This document shows, in pieces, positions 53,803 to 63,706 of a stretch of DNA of 64,000 nucleotides. Both the position numbers and the translations under genes were made by a program. The stretch comes from Candidatus Magasanikiibacteriota bacterium. Lineage in GTDB: Bacteria; Patescibacteriota; Patescibacteriia; Magasanikbacterales; GWA2-37-8. The stretch's first letter is position 1; each line of letters begins with the position of its first letter. The DNA is taken from the NCBI GenBank assembly GCA_026396515.1, contig JAPLWQ010000003.1, positions 99,569-163,568 on the forward strand, read 5' to 3'. The notes beneath the pieces are model-generated. The model saw only the letters and a program-made list of their open reading frames with translations. It searched no databases and was not told the origin of the DNA.

Positions 53803-55284
53803 ATGGCGGCATCAGTGTTAGATATGCTTACAAAATCCCAATTCATGAATTATGTTAAGTGCCCGGTGTATTTTTGGCTTGCCAAACACCGGCCTGATTT
53901 GATTCCGGAAGATACGGCGGCGACACAGCGGCTTTTTGCCATGGGCAAAGAGGTGGATTTGCTGTCCCGCCAGCTTTTTTCTGGTGGTGTTGAAACCGCC
54001 GGTTTTAACCAAGAGGGTTGGGAGAACACGCAGGCGCTACTTGCCGGCTCTGCCAAGGTCATTTTTCAGCCCACAGCGGTGGCTGAACCGCTGACCTGCC
54101 GGGCGGATATCCTGACGCGCAATGGCGCAAAGTGGGACCTTCACGAGGTGAAACAGTCAAACAGTGTCCAGCCGAAACATATTTTTGATGTTGGTTTCCA
54201 GCGTATTTGTTTTGAGAGTGCCGGCGTGAAAATTGGCCGGTCATATTTGGTGCATCTCAACCGCGAATATGTCCGCCAGGGTGCGATTGAGCCGGAAAAA
54301 TTGTTTATTTCGGAAGATATCACGGATGAGGTTCTGGAAAAGATGGATGAGATAAAAGAGGAGATTGCCAAGGCACTTGAAATATTGAAATGGACCAAAG
54401 AGCCGGACAAGCGTTTGATTAAACTCTGCAGTACGCCGAAAAACTGTGAATATTTGAAATATTATTGTGAGGGCGTGGCAGGCGTGCCGGAAATAGCGGC
54501 GGAAATCGGATCCAAACATTTGCTCGCGTTAATAAAGCGGGGGATTATCGCGCCGGAAAAATTATCCGCTGAAATACTTACGAAAGTTGGTTATGAGCCG
54601 GAAGAGCCGTTTACGAAAATTGACGCGCCGTCTATCCGCCGGGAACTGAAAAAGTTGGAATATCCTTTGTATTTTTTTGATTACGAAACATATGGCGAGG
54701 CTATTCCGCCTTTTGACGGCACGAGGCCACATCAGCAAATTCCTTTTCAATATTCCTTACATATTAAAGATTCACCGGATGCGGAAATCAGGCATCTGGA
54801 ATTTTTGGCCACGAAGTTTGAAAATCCTGTGTCCGAATTGCTGGCGCAATTAAAACGCGACATCGAGCCGAAGGGAAGCGTGATTGTATGGTTTGAATCA
54901 TTTGAAAAATCGCGCAACGAGGAAATGGCAAAAATGATGCCGGAGTATGCTGATCTTTTGGATGATTTGAACGAGCGAATTTTTGACCTGTATCTTATTT
55001 TTAAAATCAAGAGTGAGATGTACTCTGACAGTGAGTTTCAAGGAAGCGCGTCACTCAAGGCGGTCTTGCCGGTACTTTGTCCGGAACTTTCCTATGAATC
55101 ATTGGAAATACAGGAGGGCGGTACCGCTTCATCAAGCTGGCCTATTTTGACGAGCGACAAAACGCCGGTTGCGGAAAAAGAAAAATTGAAGAATAATATG
55201 CTGGAGTATTGTCAGCGGGATACGGAGGCGATGGTGGGGATTTTGAATAAAGTGTGCGAGGATATTGATTGTAAGATTCAATAA
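53803..55284 (+). CDS. Cas4/RecB-like PD-(D/E)xK nuclease (4-Cys cluster) fused to a DUF2779-like C-terminal domain
   Basis: There is an N-terminal Cys (VKCP) and CSTPKNCEYLKYYC. CRADIL...LHEVKQS is a D/E-x-K motif. The C-terminus has YFFDYETYG. Confidence 0.55.
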   Translation: MAASVLDMLTKSQFMNYVKCPVYFWLAKHRPDLIPEDTAATQRLFAMGKEVDLLSRQLFSGGVETAGFNQEGWENTQALLAGSAKVIFQPTAVAEPLTCRADILTRNGAKWDLHEVKQSNSVQPKHIFDVGFQRICFESAGVKIGRSYLVHLNREYVRQGAIEPEKLFISEDITDEVLEKMDEIKEEIAKALEILKWTKEPDKRLIKLCSTPKNCEYLKYYCEGVAGVPEIAAEIGSKHLLALIKRGIIAPEKLSAEILTKVGYEPEEPFTKIDAPSIRRELKKLEYPLYFFDYETYGEAIPPFDGTRPHQQIPFQYSLHIKDSPDAEIRHLEFLATKFENPVSELLAQLKRDIEPKGSVIVWFESFEKSRNEEMAKMMPEYADLLDDLNERIFDLYLIFKIKSEMYSDSEFQGSASLKAVLPVLCPELSYESLEIQEGGTASSSWPILTSDKTPVAEKEKLKNNMLEYCQRDTEAMVGILNKVCEDIDCKIQ

Positions 55285-55285
55285 T

Positions 55286-55681
55286 ATGTTGCGCGTCCCA
55301 CCCTCTGAACTCCGCGTCACATTTTCCCGATCATCCGGCGCGGGCGGGCAGAACGTGAACAAGACCTCAACCAAAGTAATCGTGCATTGGCCGGTGGGCC
55401 GTTCTCGGGTTTTGACGGCGGAAGAAAAGGCGCGGGTGCGGATAAAATTGGCGAGCCGGATAAATATTAATGATGAGGTGGCGGTGAAGTCAGAAGAGGA
55501 GCGGTCGCAGCCGCAGAATCGCGCGCTGGCCGTGGCTCGTTTACAGGCGTTGGTGGCGCGTGCATTGCAGGTGCCGAAGAAACGCCGGCCGACCAAGCCG
55601 ACCCGGGCGTCCAAATTGCGCCGACAGGAAGTTAAAATACACAGGTCGCGGGCAAAGGCATCCCGGAAAAATATCGAATAA
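55286..55681 (+). CDS. arfB: Alternative ribosome-rescue factor ArfB (peptidyl-tRNA hydrolase, GGQ)
   Basis: SSGAGGQNVNKTSTKV GGQ motif and a basic C-terminal tail. The start at 55286 follows the upstream stop. Confidence 0.8.
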   Translation: MLRVPPSELRVTFSRSSGAGGQNVNKTSTKVIVHWPVGRSRVLTAEEKARVRIKLASRININDEVAVKSEEERSQPQNRALAVARLQALVARALQVPKKRRPTKPTRASKLRRQEVKIHRSRAKASRKNIE

Positions 55682-55688
55682 AATATTT

Positions 55689-56378
55689 ATGAAAAAAACA
55701 GCTATATTTGACATAGACGGAACAATATTCCGTTCCAGCTTGCTCATAGAGATAACCGAAGCCCTGGTCCAGGAGGGTTTGTTTCCGGTTGCGGCGAGAA
55801 GCGGATACGCCAAGGCGTATAAAAAATGGTCGGACCGCAAGGGTTCTTATGAAAAATATATTGATGCGGTCATAGTGGTATATGTTAAATACATAAAAGG
55901 GGTGTCGCGTGTTGATTTTATGAAGGTGGCAAAAAAAGTCGGATATTTCCACAAGAACCGGGTTTACCGCTACACGCGTAAGCTAGTAAAGGATTTGAAG
56001 AATAAAAATTATTTTCTTTTGGCCATTTCCGGTTCGCCATATGAGATGGTGGAAGAGTTTTGCCGGGGATGGGGATTTGATAAAGTTTACGGCCGGGTTT
56101 TTGAAGTTGATAAGAAAGGAAAATTCACGGGTAAAGTGCTGCGTTCTGACCTGATTGCCGATAAGGAAAAAATATTAAAGCGGGCGGTGAAAAAAGAGGG
56201 TTTAAGTTTGGCCGGCTCTGTCGGCGTAGGGGATTCGGAAACGGATATCGCATTTTTGAAAATGGTGAAGCGTCCGGTTTGTTTTAATCCCAACGGAAAA
56301 CTTTACGCACACGCCAAGCGCGTTGGTTGGCCGGTGGTGGTGGAACGCAAGGACGTAGTGTACAATATAATTAAATGA
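55689..56378 (+). CDS. HAD-superfamily hydrolase (phosphoserine-phosphatase-like)
   Basis: Motif I is FDIDGTI and motif IV is GDSETD. The ORF-track start at 55560 overlaps arfB and is rejected. Confidence 0.75.
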   Translation: MKKTAIFDIDGTIFRSSLLIEITEALVQEGLFPVAARSGYAKAYKKWSDRKGSYEKYIDAVIVVYVKYIKGVSRVDFMKVAKKVGYFHKNRVYRYTRKLVKDLKNKNYFLLAISGSPYEMVEEFCRGWGFDKVYGRVFEVDKKGKFTGKVLRSDLIADKEKILKRAVKKEGLSLAGSVGVGDSETDIAFLKMVKRPVCFNPNGKLYAHAKRVGWPVVVERKDVVYNIIK

Positions 56379-56390
56379 TTTTTTTATCAT

Positions 56391-56582
56391 ATGACCACGG
56401 GAAAAAAGGTTCTGCTGGCAATAATAGTCGTGTTCGTCGTTTTAGTCGTCGGTTTTCTGGTTTTTTACCGGATGAAGGTAAACGAATTGAAGCGCGCGCA
56501 GGCAGAACTTAATCAACAGAGTGCGGAAGCTTTTAATATTTGGTGGGAACAGCAAGAGGCCCTGAAAGCAAAGAAGAAATAA
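56391..56582 (+). CDS. Small single-TM protein
   Basis: 63-aa ORF with a hydrophobic N-terminus. Confidence 0.4.
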   Translation: MTTGKKVLLAIIVVFVVLVVGFLVFYRMKVNELKRAQAELNQQSAEAFNIWWEQQEALKAKKK

Positions 56583-56643
56583 TTATTTTTCAACGCCATT
56601 AGATTCCCGCCTTCGCGAGAATGACAAATAATTTTTTAATCAT

Positions 56644-56865
56644 ATGTGTTTCAAGAAAAAATTAACGCCGATGTATCTCCTTAAAAATATTTCCACTGTT
56701 ATCGGCTTTGTGCTGGTCTGGCGAGGTGTTTGGTATGCCCTCGATTGGTTGGATTGGCGATTGCTTGGCGGCAGCCACATTTGGTCGACACTGGGCGGTA
56801 TTGTTCTCGGCCTTTTACTATTGTATTGGCCGGACAAAGATTTGAGGAAGATCGAGAATTTATGA
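56644..56865 (+). CDS. Small 2-TM membrane protein
   Basis: 73 aa. It overlaps the ABC ATPase start by 4 nt. Confidence 0.4.
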   Translation: MCFKKKLTPMYLLKNISTVIGFVLVWRGVWYALDWLDWRLLGGSHIWSTLGGIVLGLLLLYWPDKDLRKIENL

Positions 56866-57647
56866 TTGAAGTTAAAAATTTAACGAAAAAATTTGACGAT
56901 TTCGTGGCGGTGGATAATATCTCGTTTCAAGTTAAGGAAGGGGAGATATTTGCATTTCTTGGGCCCAATGGCGCGGGAAAATCTACCACCATCAAAATGT
57001 TGACCACACTTTTGGCACCGACTACCGGCACAATGACTTTGAACGGCCACGATCCGGTTCGCGAGCCGTCGGCCGTGCGTCGTTCGTTCGGCATCGTTTT
57101 TCAGGACCCGAGTCTGGACGACGAGCTGACCGCTTATGAAAACATGGAATTTCACGGCGTGCTTTATGATGTGCCGGATAAATTGCGCCGTGAAAGAATT
57201 GAATACTTGCTCAAATTCGTTGAGTTGTGGGACCGGCGTGATAATTTGGTAAAAGAATTTTCCGGCGGTATGAAGCGCCGGTTGGAAATCGCCCGCGGGC
57301 TTTTGCATCATCCCAAAATTTTCTTCTTGGACGAGCCGACTCTCGGACTCGACCCGCAAACCCGAAATTCTCTGTGGAATCATCTGAAAGAACTTAACAA
57401 AAACGAAAAGACAACAATATTTTTTACCACGCATTACATGGAAGAGGCAGAGCGCATTGCCGACCGTATCGCCATTATTGACCACGGCAAGATTATCGCT
57501 TCCGGCACGGCAGAGGAATTGAAACAAAAAACAAATACCGGTTCGCTTGAAGACGCGTTTTTATCTTTAACCGGTAAGAGTATTCGTGAAGAATCCGCCA
57601 GTCCAAACGACCACATGCGGACAATGCGCCGGGCGCATGGCCATTAA
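56862..57647 (+). CDS. ABC transporter ATP-binding protein (ABC-2/DrrA-like)
   Basis: GPNGAGKST, FSGGMKRRLEIARGLL and FLDEPT are present. The start is at 56862, and the ORF-track extension is rejected. Confidence 0.9.
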   Translation: MIEVKNLTKKFDDFVAVDNISFQVKEGEIFAFLGPNGAGKSTTIKMLTTLLAPTTGTMTLNGHDPVREPSAVRRSFGIVFQDPSLDDELTAYENMEFHGVLYDVPDKLRRERIEYLLKFVELWDRRDNLVKEFSGGMKRRLEIARGLLHHPKIFFLDEPTLGLDPQTRNSLWNHLKELNKNEKTTIFFTTHYMEEAERIADRIAIIDHGKIIASGTAEELKQKTNTGSLEDAFLSLTGKSIREESASPNDHMRTMRRAHGH

Positions 57648-58403
57648 TTGACCCCTATGAAAAAGATTTACATTCTGTGGCTCAGACAAATTAAAAGATA
57701 CTTGCGCTCCAAATCGCGCATCGTCGGTTCACTTGCCCAACCCCTGCTTTTTTTGCTTGCCCTGGGTTATGGTTTCGGTTCGGTGTATCAAAAGGCGGGC
57801 GAGGGGAATTATCTGAATTTTTTGGCGCCGGGCATTATCGGCATGAGTATCTTATTCACTTCTGTTTTTTCCGGTATGGAGGTTATCTGGGACAGGCAAT
57901 TCGGATTTCTGAAAGAAACGCTTGTCGCGCCGATGTCCCGATTTAGTATTATGATCGGCCGCACTTTGGGCGGGGCGACCGTGGCCACTTTGCAGGGCGT
58001 GTTGGTGATGCTTATCTCAATTCTTTTCGGCTTTCATCCGGCGAGCTGGTTTGCCCTTCTGCCGGCTGTTTTTATTATGTTTTTGACCGCCCTGCTTTTT
58101 ACTTCGCTCGGCACCATGATTGCCTCGTTTCTTGATGATATGCAGGGATTCCAGCTGATCATGAATTTTTTGGTGATGCCGTTGTTTTTTCTATCGGGCG
58201 CGCTATTCCCACTGCAGGGTTTGCCTACTGCATTGGGCATTATTGCGCGGATTGATCCGCTTTCTTATGGTATCGACGCTCTACGCGGTTTGCTTATCAA
58301 TGCCGGGCATTATGGTTTGGGGATGGATATTTTAGTGCTTGGCGCAGTTACTTTGCTGTTTTTGTCATTAGGCAGTTATTTTTTCAAGAAAGTTCAAATT
58401 TAA
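57648..58403 (+). CDS. ABC-2 type transporter permease
   Basis: Six TM helices, adjacent to the ATPase. Confidence 0.8.
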   Translation: MTPMKKIYILWLRQIKRYLRSKSRIVGSLAQPLLFLLALGYGFGSVYQKAGEGNYLNFLAPGIIGMSILFTSVFSGMEVIWDRQFGFLKETLVAPMSRFSIMIGRTLGGATVATLQGVLVMLISILFGFHPASWFALLPAVFIMFLTALLFTSLGTMIASFLDDMQGFQLIMNFLVMPLFFLSGALFPLQGLPTALGIIARIDPLSYGIDALRGLLINAGHYGLGMDILVLGAVTLLFLSLGSYFFKKVQI

Positions 58404-58407
58404 CCGT

Positions 58408-59064
58408 ATGAATGATAATTTGCCTTCTGAGACAACGCCGGGCAAAAAAATAATTTTTAAAGACATCACCCTTTCTATAGCGGCCGGGTTGGGTTTATTT
58501 TTTGTCAGTTTGTTTATCAACTACTGGGCCGGAACCTACGCCTCCTTGCGCGCGAGTAATGTGGTAAGTGACATAATACTTGATAATATTCCGGTGTTTG
58601 ATGTGGGCGGAATTTTTGTCTATGGCTTTGCGGCTTTTCTGATACTTCTCGGCTGGTTGATGGTACGAAAACCAGAGCGGGCGCCGTTTATGTTGAAAAG
58701 CTTGAGTATCTTTATTTTAATTCGTTCCTTTTTCATTATTCTAACGCACATTGGCCCGATACCGCAGACTGCAGCAGAATCGTTTAACGCGATTGTCAGT
58801 AAATTCACTTTTACCGGCGATTTATTTTTTTCCGCCCACACCGGACTGCCATTTTTAATGGCGCTTGTTTTTTGGAAGAATAAAATTCTGCGGAACGTCT
58901 TTATCGCCCTATCGATTTTTTTCGGCATTGTGGTTTTGCTGGGGCACCTTCATTATTCCATCGACGTATTCGCCGCCTTCTTTATCACTTTCGGCATATT
59001 TCATATTGCCGTCCGATTATTTAAAAAGGATTATGATTTACTGATTGGCCGTGATGTGGTATAA
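58408..59064 (+). CDS. Hypothetical membrane protein
   Basis: 218 aa with 5-6 TM helices. Confidence 0.5.
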   Translation: MNDNLPSETTPGKKIIFKDITLSIAAGLGLFFVSLFINYWAGTYASLRASNVVSDIILDNIPVFDVGGIFVYGFAAFLILLGWLMVRKPERAPFMLKSLSIFILIRSFFIILTHIGPIPQTAAESFNAIVSKFTFTGDLFFSAHTGLPFLMALVFWKNKILRNVFIALSIFFGIVVLLGHLHYSIDVFAAFFITFGIFHIAVRLFKKDYDLLIGRDVV

Positions 59065-59113
59065 TTAGTTTACGTTATTTAATTATTAGAATTTATTTTT
59101 TAACCATATTTAT

Positions 59114-59656
59114 ATGGAAAACAAGGGGGATAAAAAAATCGTCGGTCATAAGTGCGGTATGAATTGCTCGTGCGCCTGGACAAAATTGTCCTGGGGCCAC
59201 CTGTTGCTCAAGATTTTTTTGGCATTGGTGATGATCGCGCTCGCTTTAGCCATTTCAATGGCAGTATTCTACAAGCTCGGACACGGCGGGAAGAGCGAAA
59301 GCAAACGCCTTGGCGTGATGCGCGGACAAGTTAGTACTCAAGCTTGCTTTGGAGAAGAAAAGGGCGGGGGAGTAATAATGATGGGCGGCGGCAATATGGC
59401 TTTTAAGGCAGGTAAAGAGGTGCCAGCCATGCCGGAGAGGACTTATGGCAATATTACCAAAATAGAGGCAAATCAGATTACGGTTAAGAATAACGCGGCG
59501 CAAGATCAGATTATATTGTCTTTAGCGGATACGGTGATTGTTTCATCAACCGTTGAAGTGGGATTGGCTTCTTTGCAGGTCGGACAAAACATTATTGTTT
59601 ATGGCTCGCCTGATAAAGATAAAAAATTGGAGGCGAAATTGATACAGATACAGTAA
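59114..59656 (+). CDS. Hypothetical exported/membrane-anchored protein
   Basis: 180 aa with an N-terminal TM helix. Confidence 0.45.
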   Translation: MENKGDKKIVGHKCGMNCSCAWTKLSWGHLLLKIFLALVMIALALAISMAVFYKLGHGGKSESKRLGVMRGQVSTQACFGEEKGGGVIMMGGGNMAFKAGKEVPAMPERTYGNITKIEANQITVKNNAAQDQIILSLADTVIVSSTVEVGLASLQVGQNIIVYGSPDKDKKLEAKLIQIQ

Positions 59657-59671
59657 ATAATAATTGAGAAG

Positions 59672-59698
59672 TCCCCGGTGAATAACCGGGGATTTTTT
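59672..59698 (+). terminator. Intrinsic terminator
   Basis: TCCCCGG-TGAATAA-CCGGGGA followed by TTTTTT. Confidence 0.65.
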
Positions 59699-59804
59699 AT
59701 TGCCGACCTATTAATATTGATATTTTCCAATATTTGTGCTATGTTCTCCATGAGAGGGGTCCGACACTGACACAGCCGAACATTGACAAAGAAAGGATAA
59801 AACA

Positions 59805-60797
59805 ATGCGCGTAAAGTTCTATGGCACACGCGGTTCAACCGCGATTTGCCGAAAGGACGCCGTGGAATATGGTGGCAACACCACCTGCCTGCGGCTGCTC
59901 TCGGAGTTCCTGCCGGAGGGCTGGGCTTTGCTTATCGACACGGGCACCGGGTTCGTGGAGGCGAGCAAGGACTTGCTCAAGGAAGGCATCATGAAGGTTG
60001 CCGTGCTCTTCACGCACTGGCACCACGACCACACCGCAGGGCTCCTGCTCGCGCCCCATACCCACATCCCGTCCGCGGAGTTCAAGATCTGGGGTCCGGA
60101 AGAACACGGTCAGAATCCCGAGGACGTGATCTCTGGTCTCATGCGCGAGCCGGTCTTCCCGGTGAACTTCCAGAAGCTGCGCCACCGCTTCAAGCTGCAT
60201 TCGCTCAAGCACATCGGTACGCAGGTGCTGGTTATCCACCCGGAAGCCGGTTTCCACCTCCTGCCCGTGCACGTGTACGAGAAGGCGGCCAAGGAAGGCC
60301 TCAAGCTCGCGCTCGGTAAGGGCCGGTACGGCATCTTCGAGTGCCTGGTGGTGAAAATGCTCAAGACCGCCCACCCGGAGTACACGGTTTCGTACCGGTT
60401 CGAGGAATCGCCGCCCGACGGAGAAGTGTTCGTCTTCCTGACCGACCACGAGAACACGGATGGCATCCCGGCCGACCTGGTGCGCCACGTGCACAAAGCC
60501 GACCTCCTGGTGCAGGATTGCCAGTACACCCGCGAGGTGTACGACAAGAGGACAGCCGGGTTCGGTCACGGCACGCCCGACTACTGTGTGAAGCTCGCGC
60601 TCCGCGCCGAGGTGAAGTGGCTCGGGTTGACACACCATGATCCGGGCGCAAGCGACAAGGTCGTGGATGAGATCGTGGAAGAAGCGTTTGCGGAGCTGAC
60701 GAAGGGCAGGGCCGTGGACGACTACGACCCGCTTCCTTTCGACATCTTCGCCTGCGCCGACTACGAGGAGGTTGATGTCGTCCGTAGGGAAGACTAA
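59805..60797 (+). CDS. Metallo-beta-lactamase-fold hydrolase, GC-rich (likely horizontally acquired)
   Basis: THWHHDHTAG is an HxHxDH motif. GC content is roughly 60% or more, against about 40% in the flanks. Confidence 0.75.
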   Translation: MRVKFYGTRGSTAICRKDAVEYGGNTTCLRLLSEFLPEGWALLIDTGTGFVEASKDLLKEGIMKVAVLFTHWHHDHTAGLLLAPHTHIPSAEFKIWGPEEHGQNPEDVISGLMREPVFPVNFQKLRHRFKLHSLKHIGTQVLVIHPEAGFHLLPVHVYEKAAKEGLKLALGKGRYGIFECLVVKMLKTAHPEYTVSYRFEESPPDGEVFVFLTDHENTDGIPADLVRHVHKADLLVQDCQYTREVYDKRTAGFGHGTPDYCVKLALRAEVKWLGLTHHDPGASDKVVDEIVEEAFAELTKGRAVDDYDPLPFDIFACADYEEVDVVRRED

Positions 60798-60836
60798 ACC
60801 GTAGCGCACAAGAACATGTCAATTTAGGCTGAACAA

Positions 60837-60869
60837 GGAAAGGGCCCCTCTCACCCTTTCCTTTTTTTT
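60837..60869 (+). terminator. Intrinsic terminator after the MBL gene
   Basis: GGAAAGGG-N9-CCCTTTCC followed by T8. Confidence 0.65.
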
Positions 60870-60927
60870 GACTCTGACCTGCGCGAGGCGGTATAATTAT
60901 AAGGTGTTTATAAATTATTAAATAAAT

Positions 60928-61332
60928 ATGGCCAGTAACACTACCTTCACATGGTATCAATCGCTTATCAAGCCGTCATGGGCTCCGCCGTCGTGGCTGT
61001 TCGGTCCGGTTTGGACATTATTGTATGTTTTGATCGCTGTTTCTTTCGGTTCGGTGTTTTGGATGGCGTTTAATAAAAAAATTGCGCTGTTGGTTGCTCT
61101 ACCGTTTATTTTAAATCTTATTTTTAATTTGGTTTTTTCTCCGATTCAGTTCGGTCTGCAAAATAATTATCTGGCCGCTTTGGATATTTTGCTTATTCTC
61201 GGCACGCTTATTTGGGCGATGATTGCCATTTTTCCGCACGCCCACTGGATTACATATATTCAAATTCCTTATCTGCTCTGGGTATCTTTCGCCACAATTT
61301 TGCAACTGACGGTCACTTTTTTGAACCGATAA
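60928..61332 (+). CDS. tspO: TspO/MBR family tryptophan-rich sensory protein
   Basis: WYQSLIKPSWAPPSWLFGPVWTLLY with five TM helices. The promoter TTGACT/TATAAT lies upstream. Confidence 0.85.
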   Translation: MASNTTFTWYQSLIKPSWAPPSWLFGPVWTLLYVLIAVSFGSVFWMAFNKKIALLVALPFILNLIFNLVFSPIQFGLQNNYLAALDILLILGTLIWAMIAIFPHAHWITYIQIPYLLWVSFATILQLTVTFLNR

Positions 61333-61335
61333 AGC

Positions 61336-61575
61336 ATGTACTACGTCTATATCTTAAAATGCGCCGATAAAACTTTGTATACCGGCATCACGGTAGATTT
61401 GGTTCGGCGGGTGAGAGAGCACAACTCATCAAAGCTCGGCGCGAAATATACCCGGGCGCGCCGTCCGGTAAAATTGGTTTATTCAAAAAAGTATCGCAAC
61501 CGGTCGTTGGCTTCAAAAGCGGAGAGCAGAATAAAAAATTTAACAAGAACAGAAAAATTAAAACTTATTAAATAA
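61336..61575 (+). CDS. GIY-YIG nuclease superfamily protein (UPF0213/YhbQ-like)
   Basis: MYYVYILKCADKTLYTGIT...RRVREHN. Confidence 0.8.
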   Translation: MYYVYILKCADKTLYTGITVDLVRRVREHNSSKLGAKYTRARRPVKLVYSKKYRNRSLASKAESRIKNLTRTEKLKLIK

Positions 61576-61580
61576 TTTTT

Positions 61581-62153
61581 ATGCCCAAGAGGATTCTTTT
61601 TGGAGCGGTGGCCCTCATGATGGCCATGACATTTGCCGGTGCCGGGTGCGGTGGCCCGGGTGGTGCAGGCCCGGACGCGGATAAGCCGTCCGGCAAGAGT
61701 GGGAAGTCGGAAATGCAGGAGGTATGTAAATATTTCCCCAAGGAGTTGGTGGAAGAGGCAATCGGCCGGCCGATTGTGAAAGTGGAGGATAACAGCATCG
61801 CGGAGGATTTTATCTGCAATTATTACACCGTTTGGAGCGAAACATATGACCATACTCCGTACGGCGACAAACCGGGAGGCGCTCCGGTTGTGGTGGTGCT
61901 CGAAGAGGACACCAGCGTGACGGCAAACAAGGCGGATCTTGATAAATACGGATATACCTACAAAAAAGATGACAGTTTGCCGGTTGATAATCTGATGTTT
62001 TATTCCCGGGGTGCTAAAACGCCTTATCGTGTGGATTTGATTGTGAATGAAACCAGATTTTTCCGGATAAATACGGTGCACTCCGCAGTGACCGATGAAG
62101 AAATAGTAAAAATCGGCAAGCGTTTTGCCGAGAGAATGGCAAATGGAAAATAA
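61581..62153 (+). CDS. Hypothetical lipoprotein
   Basis: Signal peptide plus lipobox (FAGAGC). Confidence 0.5.
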   Translation: MPKRILFGAVALMMAMTFAGAGCGGPGGAGPDADKPSGKSGKSEMQEVCKYFPKELVEEAIGRPIVKVEDNSIAEDFICNYYTVWSETYDHTPYGDKPGGAPVVVVLEEDTSVTANKADLDKYGYTYKKDDSLPVDNLMFYSRGAKTPYRVDLIVNETRFFRINTVHSAVTDEEIVKIGKRFAERMANGK

Positions 62154-62223
62154 TAAATGAAAAAAATAACCCCCGGTTTTTGGCCGGGGGTTGGATGCTG
62201 ACAGAGGAAAAAAGGGGGGCTGA

Positions 62224-63315
62224 CTAGCGGTGATGCAGAGCGTCGATGTAGACGGTTTGCATGTACTGCGTTTTTAACGCATGCAGCATCGGTCCGCTGG
62301 AGCCGGGATTCTGTTTTTCTAACAGCCGGAAGATAGCGTCGATCCCTAAGCAGGTCTGCCGGAATGAAGCCTCGTGCTTTGATATCGGCGTTGACTTGTA
62401 GGCACCATCGAGCGCGGTGTTGTAAGTATTGTCTATCTCGATCATCTGATTTGTGCCTTCACCCCGCAACGAATTGCCAAGTTTCTGAACTTCGGCGTCA
62501 AGAATTTTTTGATATTCCTGGCCGCCGATTTTTTGTGTCAGACGGTTCTGAAATTCGTGCACATCGACTTCGCGGCTGGCGTATATGGCGGGGTTCGACG
62601 CGTCGTATCGATTTTCACCATAGACCTTGGCGTGCATTCCCTCGTGTAAAAACACCAGACCGCGCGAAATCTTGCCCAACAGTTCAGGGTAGATGACCAT
62701 CACCCGGATTTCGGGTATATATTGGGCGCCAGCCGAGACGCTGTGAATCTTTTGGTCCAGGCCGGGAATTTTTTTGATGTCGTCCTCGGTGATGATGTCC
62801 AGGCCGGTGGGAGTTGTTTTCCCCTCGGCCGTTTCCAGAATCCGCATAGTGGAAGCGCTTTCCGGCCTCATCAGATAGGTGTTGGCGCGCAAGAAATCGA
62901 TAATCTCCCGAGCTTGCGGATCGCCGGTAATCTTTGCAACTTCCTCGGCGCTTTCCATCCACTCGGTTCTCAGCTTATCGCGTTCCCGCCGGTCGGCTTC
63001 AAGTTGTTTCGGATCGGTCTCCGGGCTGTCCTTTGTCGGCGAGAACCAGCGCGGAGCGACCTGCTTCATGCCTTTCAGGGCGGCTTTGTCGTGGTCGCTC
63101 AGCTCCTGAGGCGAGGCGGCAGCGGTCCTTTTCGTGGCCGCGGGCTGTTCCCGCTTGGTGCTGATTGCTGCGGCTATCAGGACCAAAGCAATGATTGTGA
63201 TGAGGATGTAGGGCAGTTTTGAGCGCCTTCGATCTCTAAGCGATGATTCCAGAGTTCGCCTGGACGGGCGGAAAGCGGTTTTCCTTTTTGCGACCTTGTT
63301 CTTTTTCGGTTTCAT
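62224..63315 (-). CDS. Membrane-anchored hypothetical protein with an HExxH motif
   Basis: A basic N-terminus and TM helix, then FLHEGMHAKV. Confidence 0.5.
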   Translation of the reverse strand: MKPKKNKVAKRKTAFRPSRRTLESSLRDRRRSKLPYILITIIALVLIAAAISTKREQPAATKRTAAASPQELSDHDKAALKGMKQVAPRWFSPTKDSPETDPKQLEADRRERDKLRTEWMESAEEVAKITGDPQAREIIDFLRANTYLMRPESASTMRILETAEGKTTPTGLDIITEDDIKKIPGLDQKIHSVSAGAQYIPEIRVMVIYPELLGKISRGLVFLHEGMHAKVYGENRYDASNPAIYASREVDVHEFQNRLTQKIGGQEYQKILDAEVQKLGNSLRGEGTNQMIEIDNTYNTALDGAYKSTPISKHEASFRQTCLGIDAIFRLLEKQNPGSSGPMLHALKTQYMQTVYIDALHHR

Positions 63316-63706
63316 TTCGGCCTCTTTTCTCTGTCTATGCTGTCAAGGTACGGCTTCGTTTTTGTGACCAATTAAATTAGCACATCTGATGGGATGTGTC
63401 AATACAAAACACCCCGATTTAAGGGGTGTTTGAGCTCCGGTGTTTTTATTTCAATCCAATTTTTTTGCGGATTTTGTCCATTTTGAATTCGTCAGTTTTT
63501 TTCTTCATTTTAATGTGGTATTTTTTTACGCGTTTATTTAGCTCAGCTATTTCTTTGTTGAGCTTCTTGGCGTCTTCCAGAAGTAATTTATATGAATCTT
63601 TCGGCATAATTAGTCAATTGATTATGGATGAAATTATTATAGCAGATAATTGACTGGGCGGCAATCGAATGTTAATATATGTGTAATAAACTACTAATAT
63701 TTTCTT

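Noticed and set aside
59835-60809. 324-aa minus-strand ORF and several other 60-200-aa ORFs (59846-60319, 60110-60547, 60341-60640, 60361-60960) overlapping the MBL gene
   Set aside because: These are shadow ORFs created by high GC and therefore few stop codons. Only the plus-strand frame carries a recognisable catalytic motif (HxHxDH), and the translations are Arg/Pro/Gly-rich low-complexity.
63426-63653. 75-aa ORF near the window end
   Set aside because: It is Phe/Ser/Ile-rich low complexity in an AT-rich intergenic region with no RBS. The terminator-like A/T runs suggest the region is non-coding.
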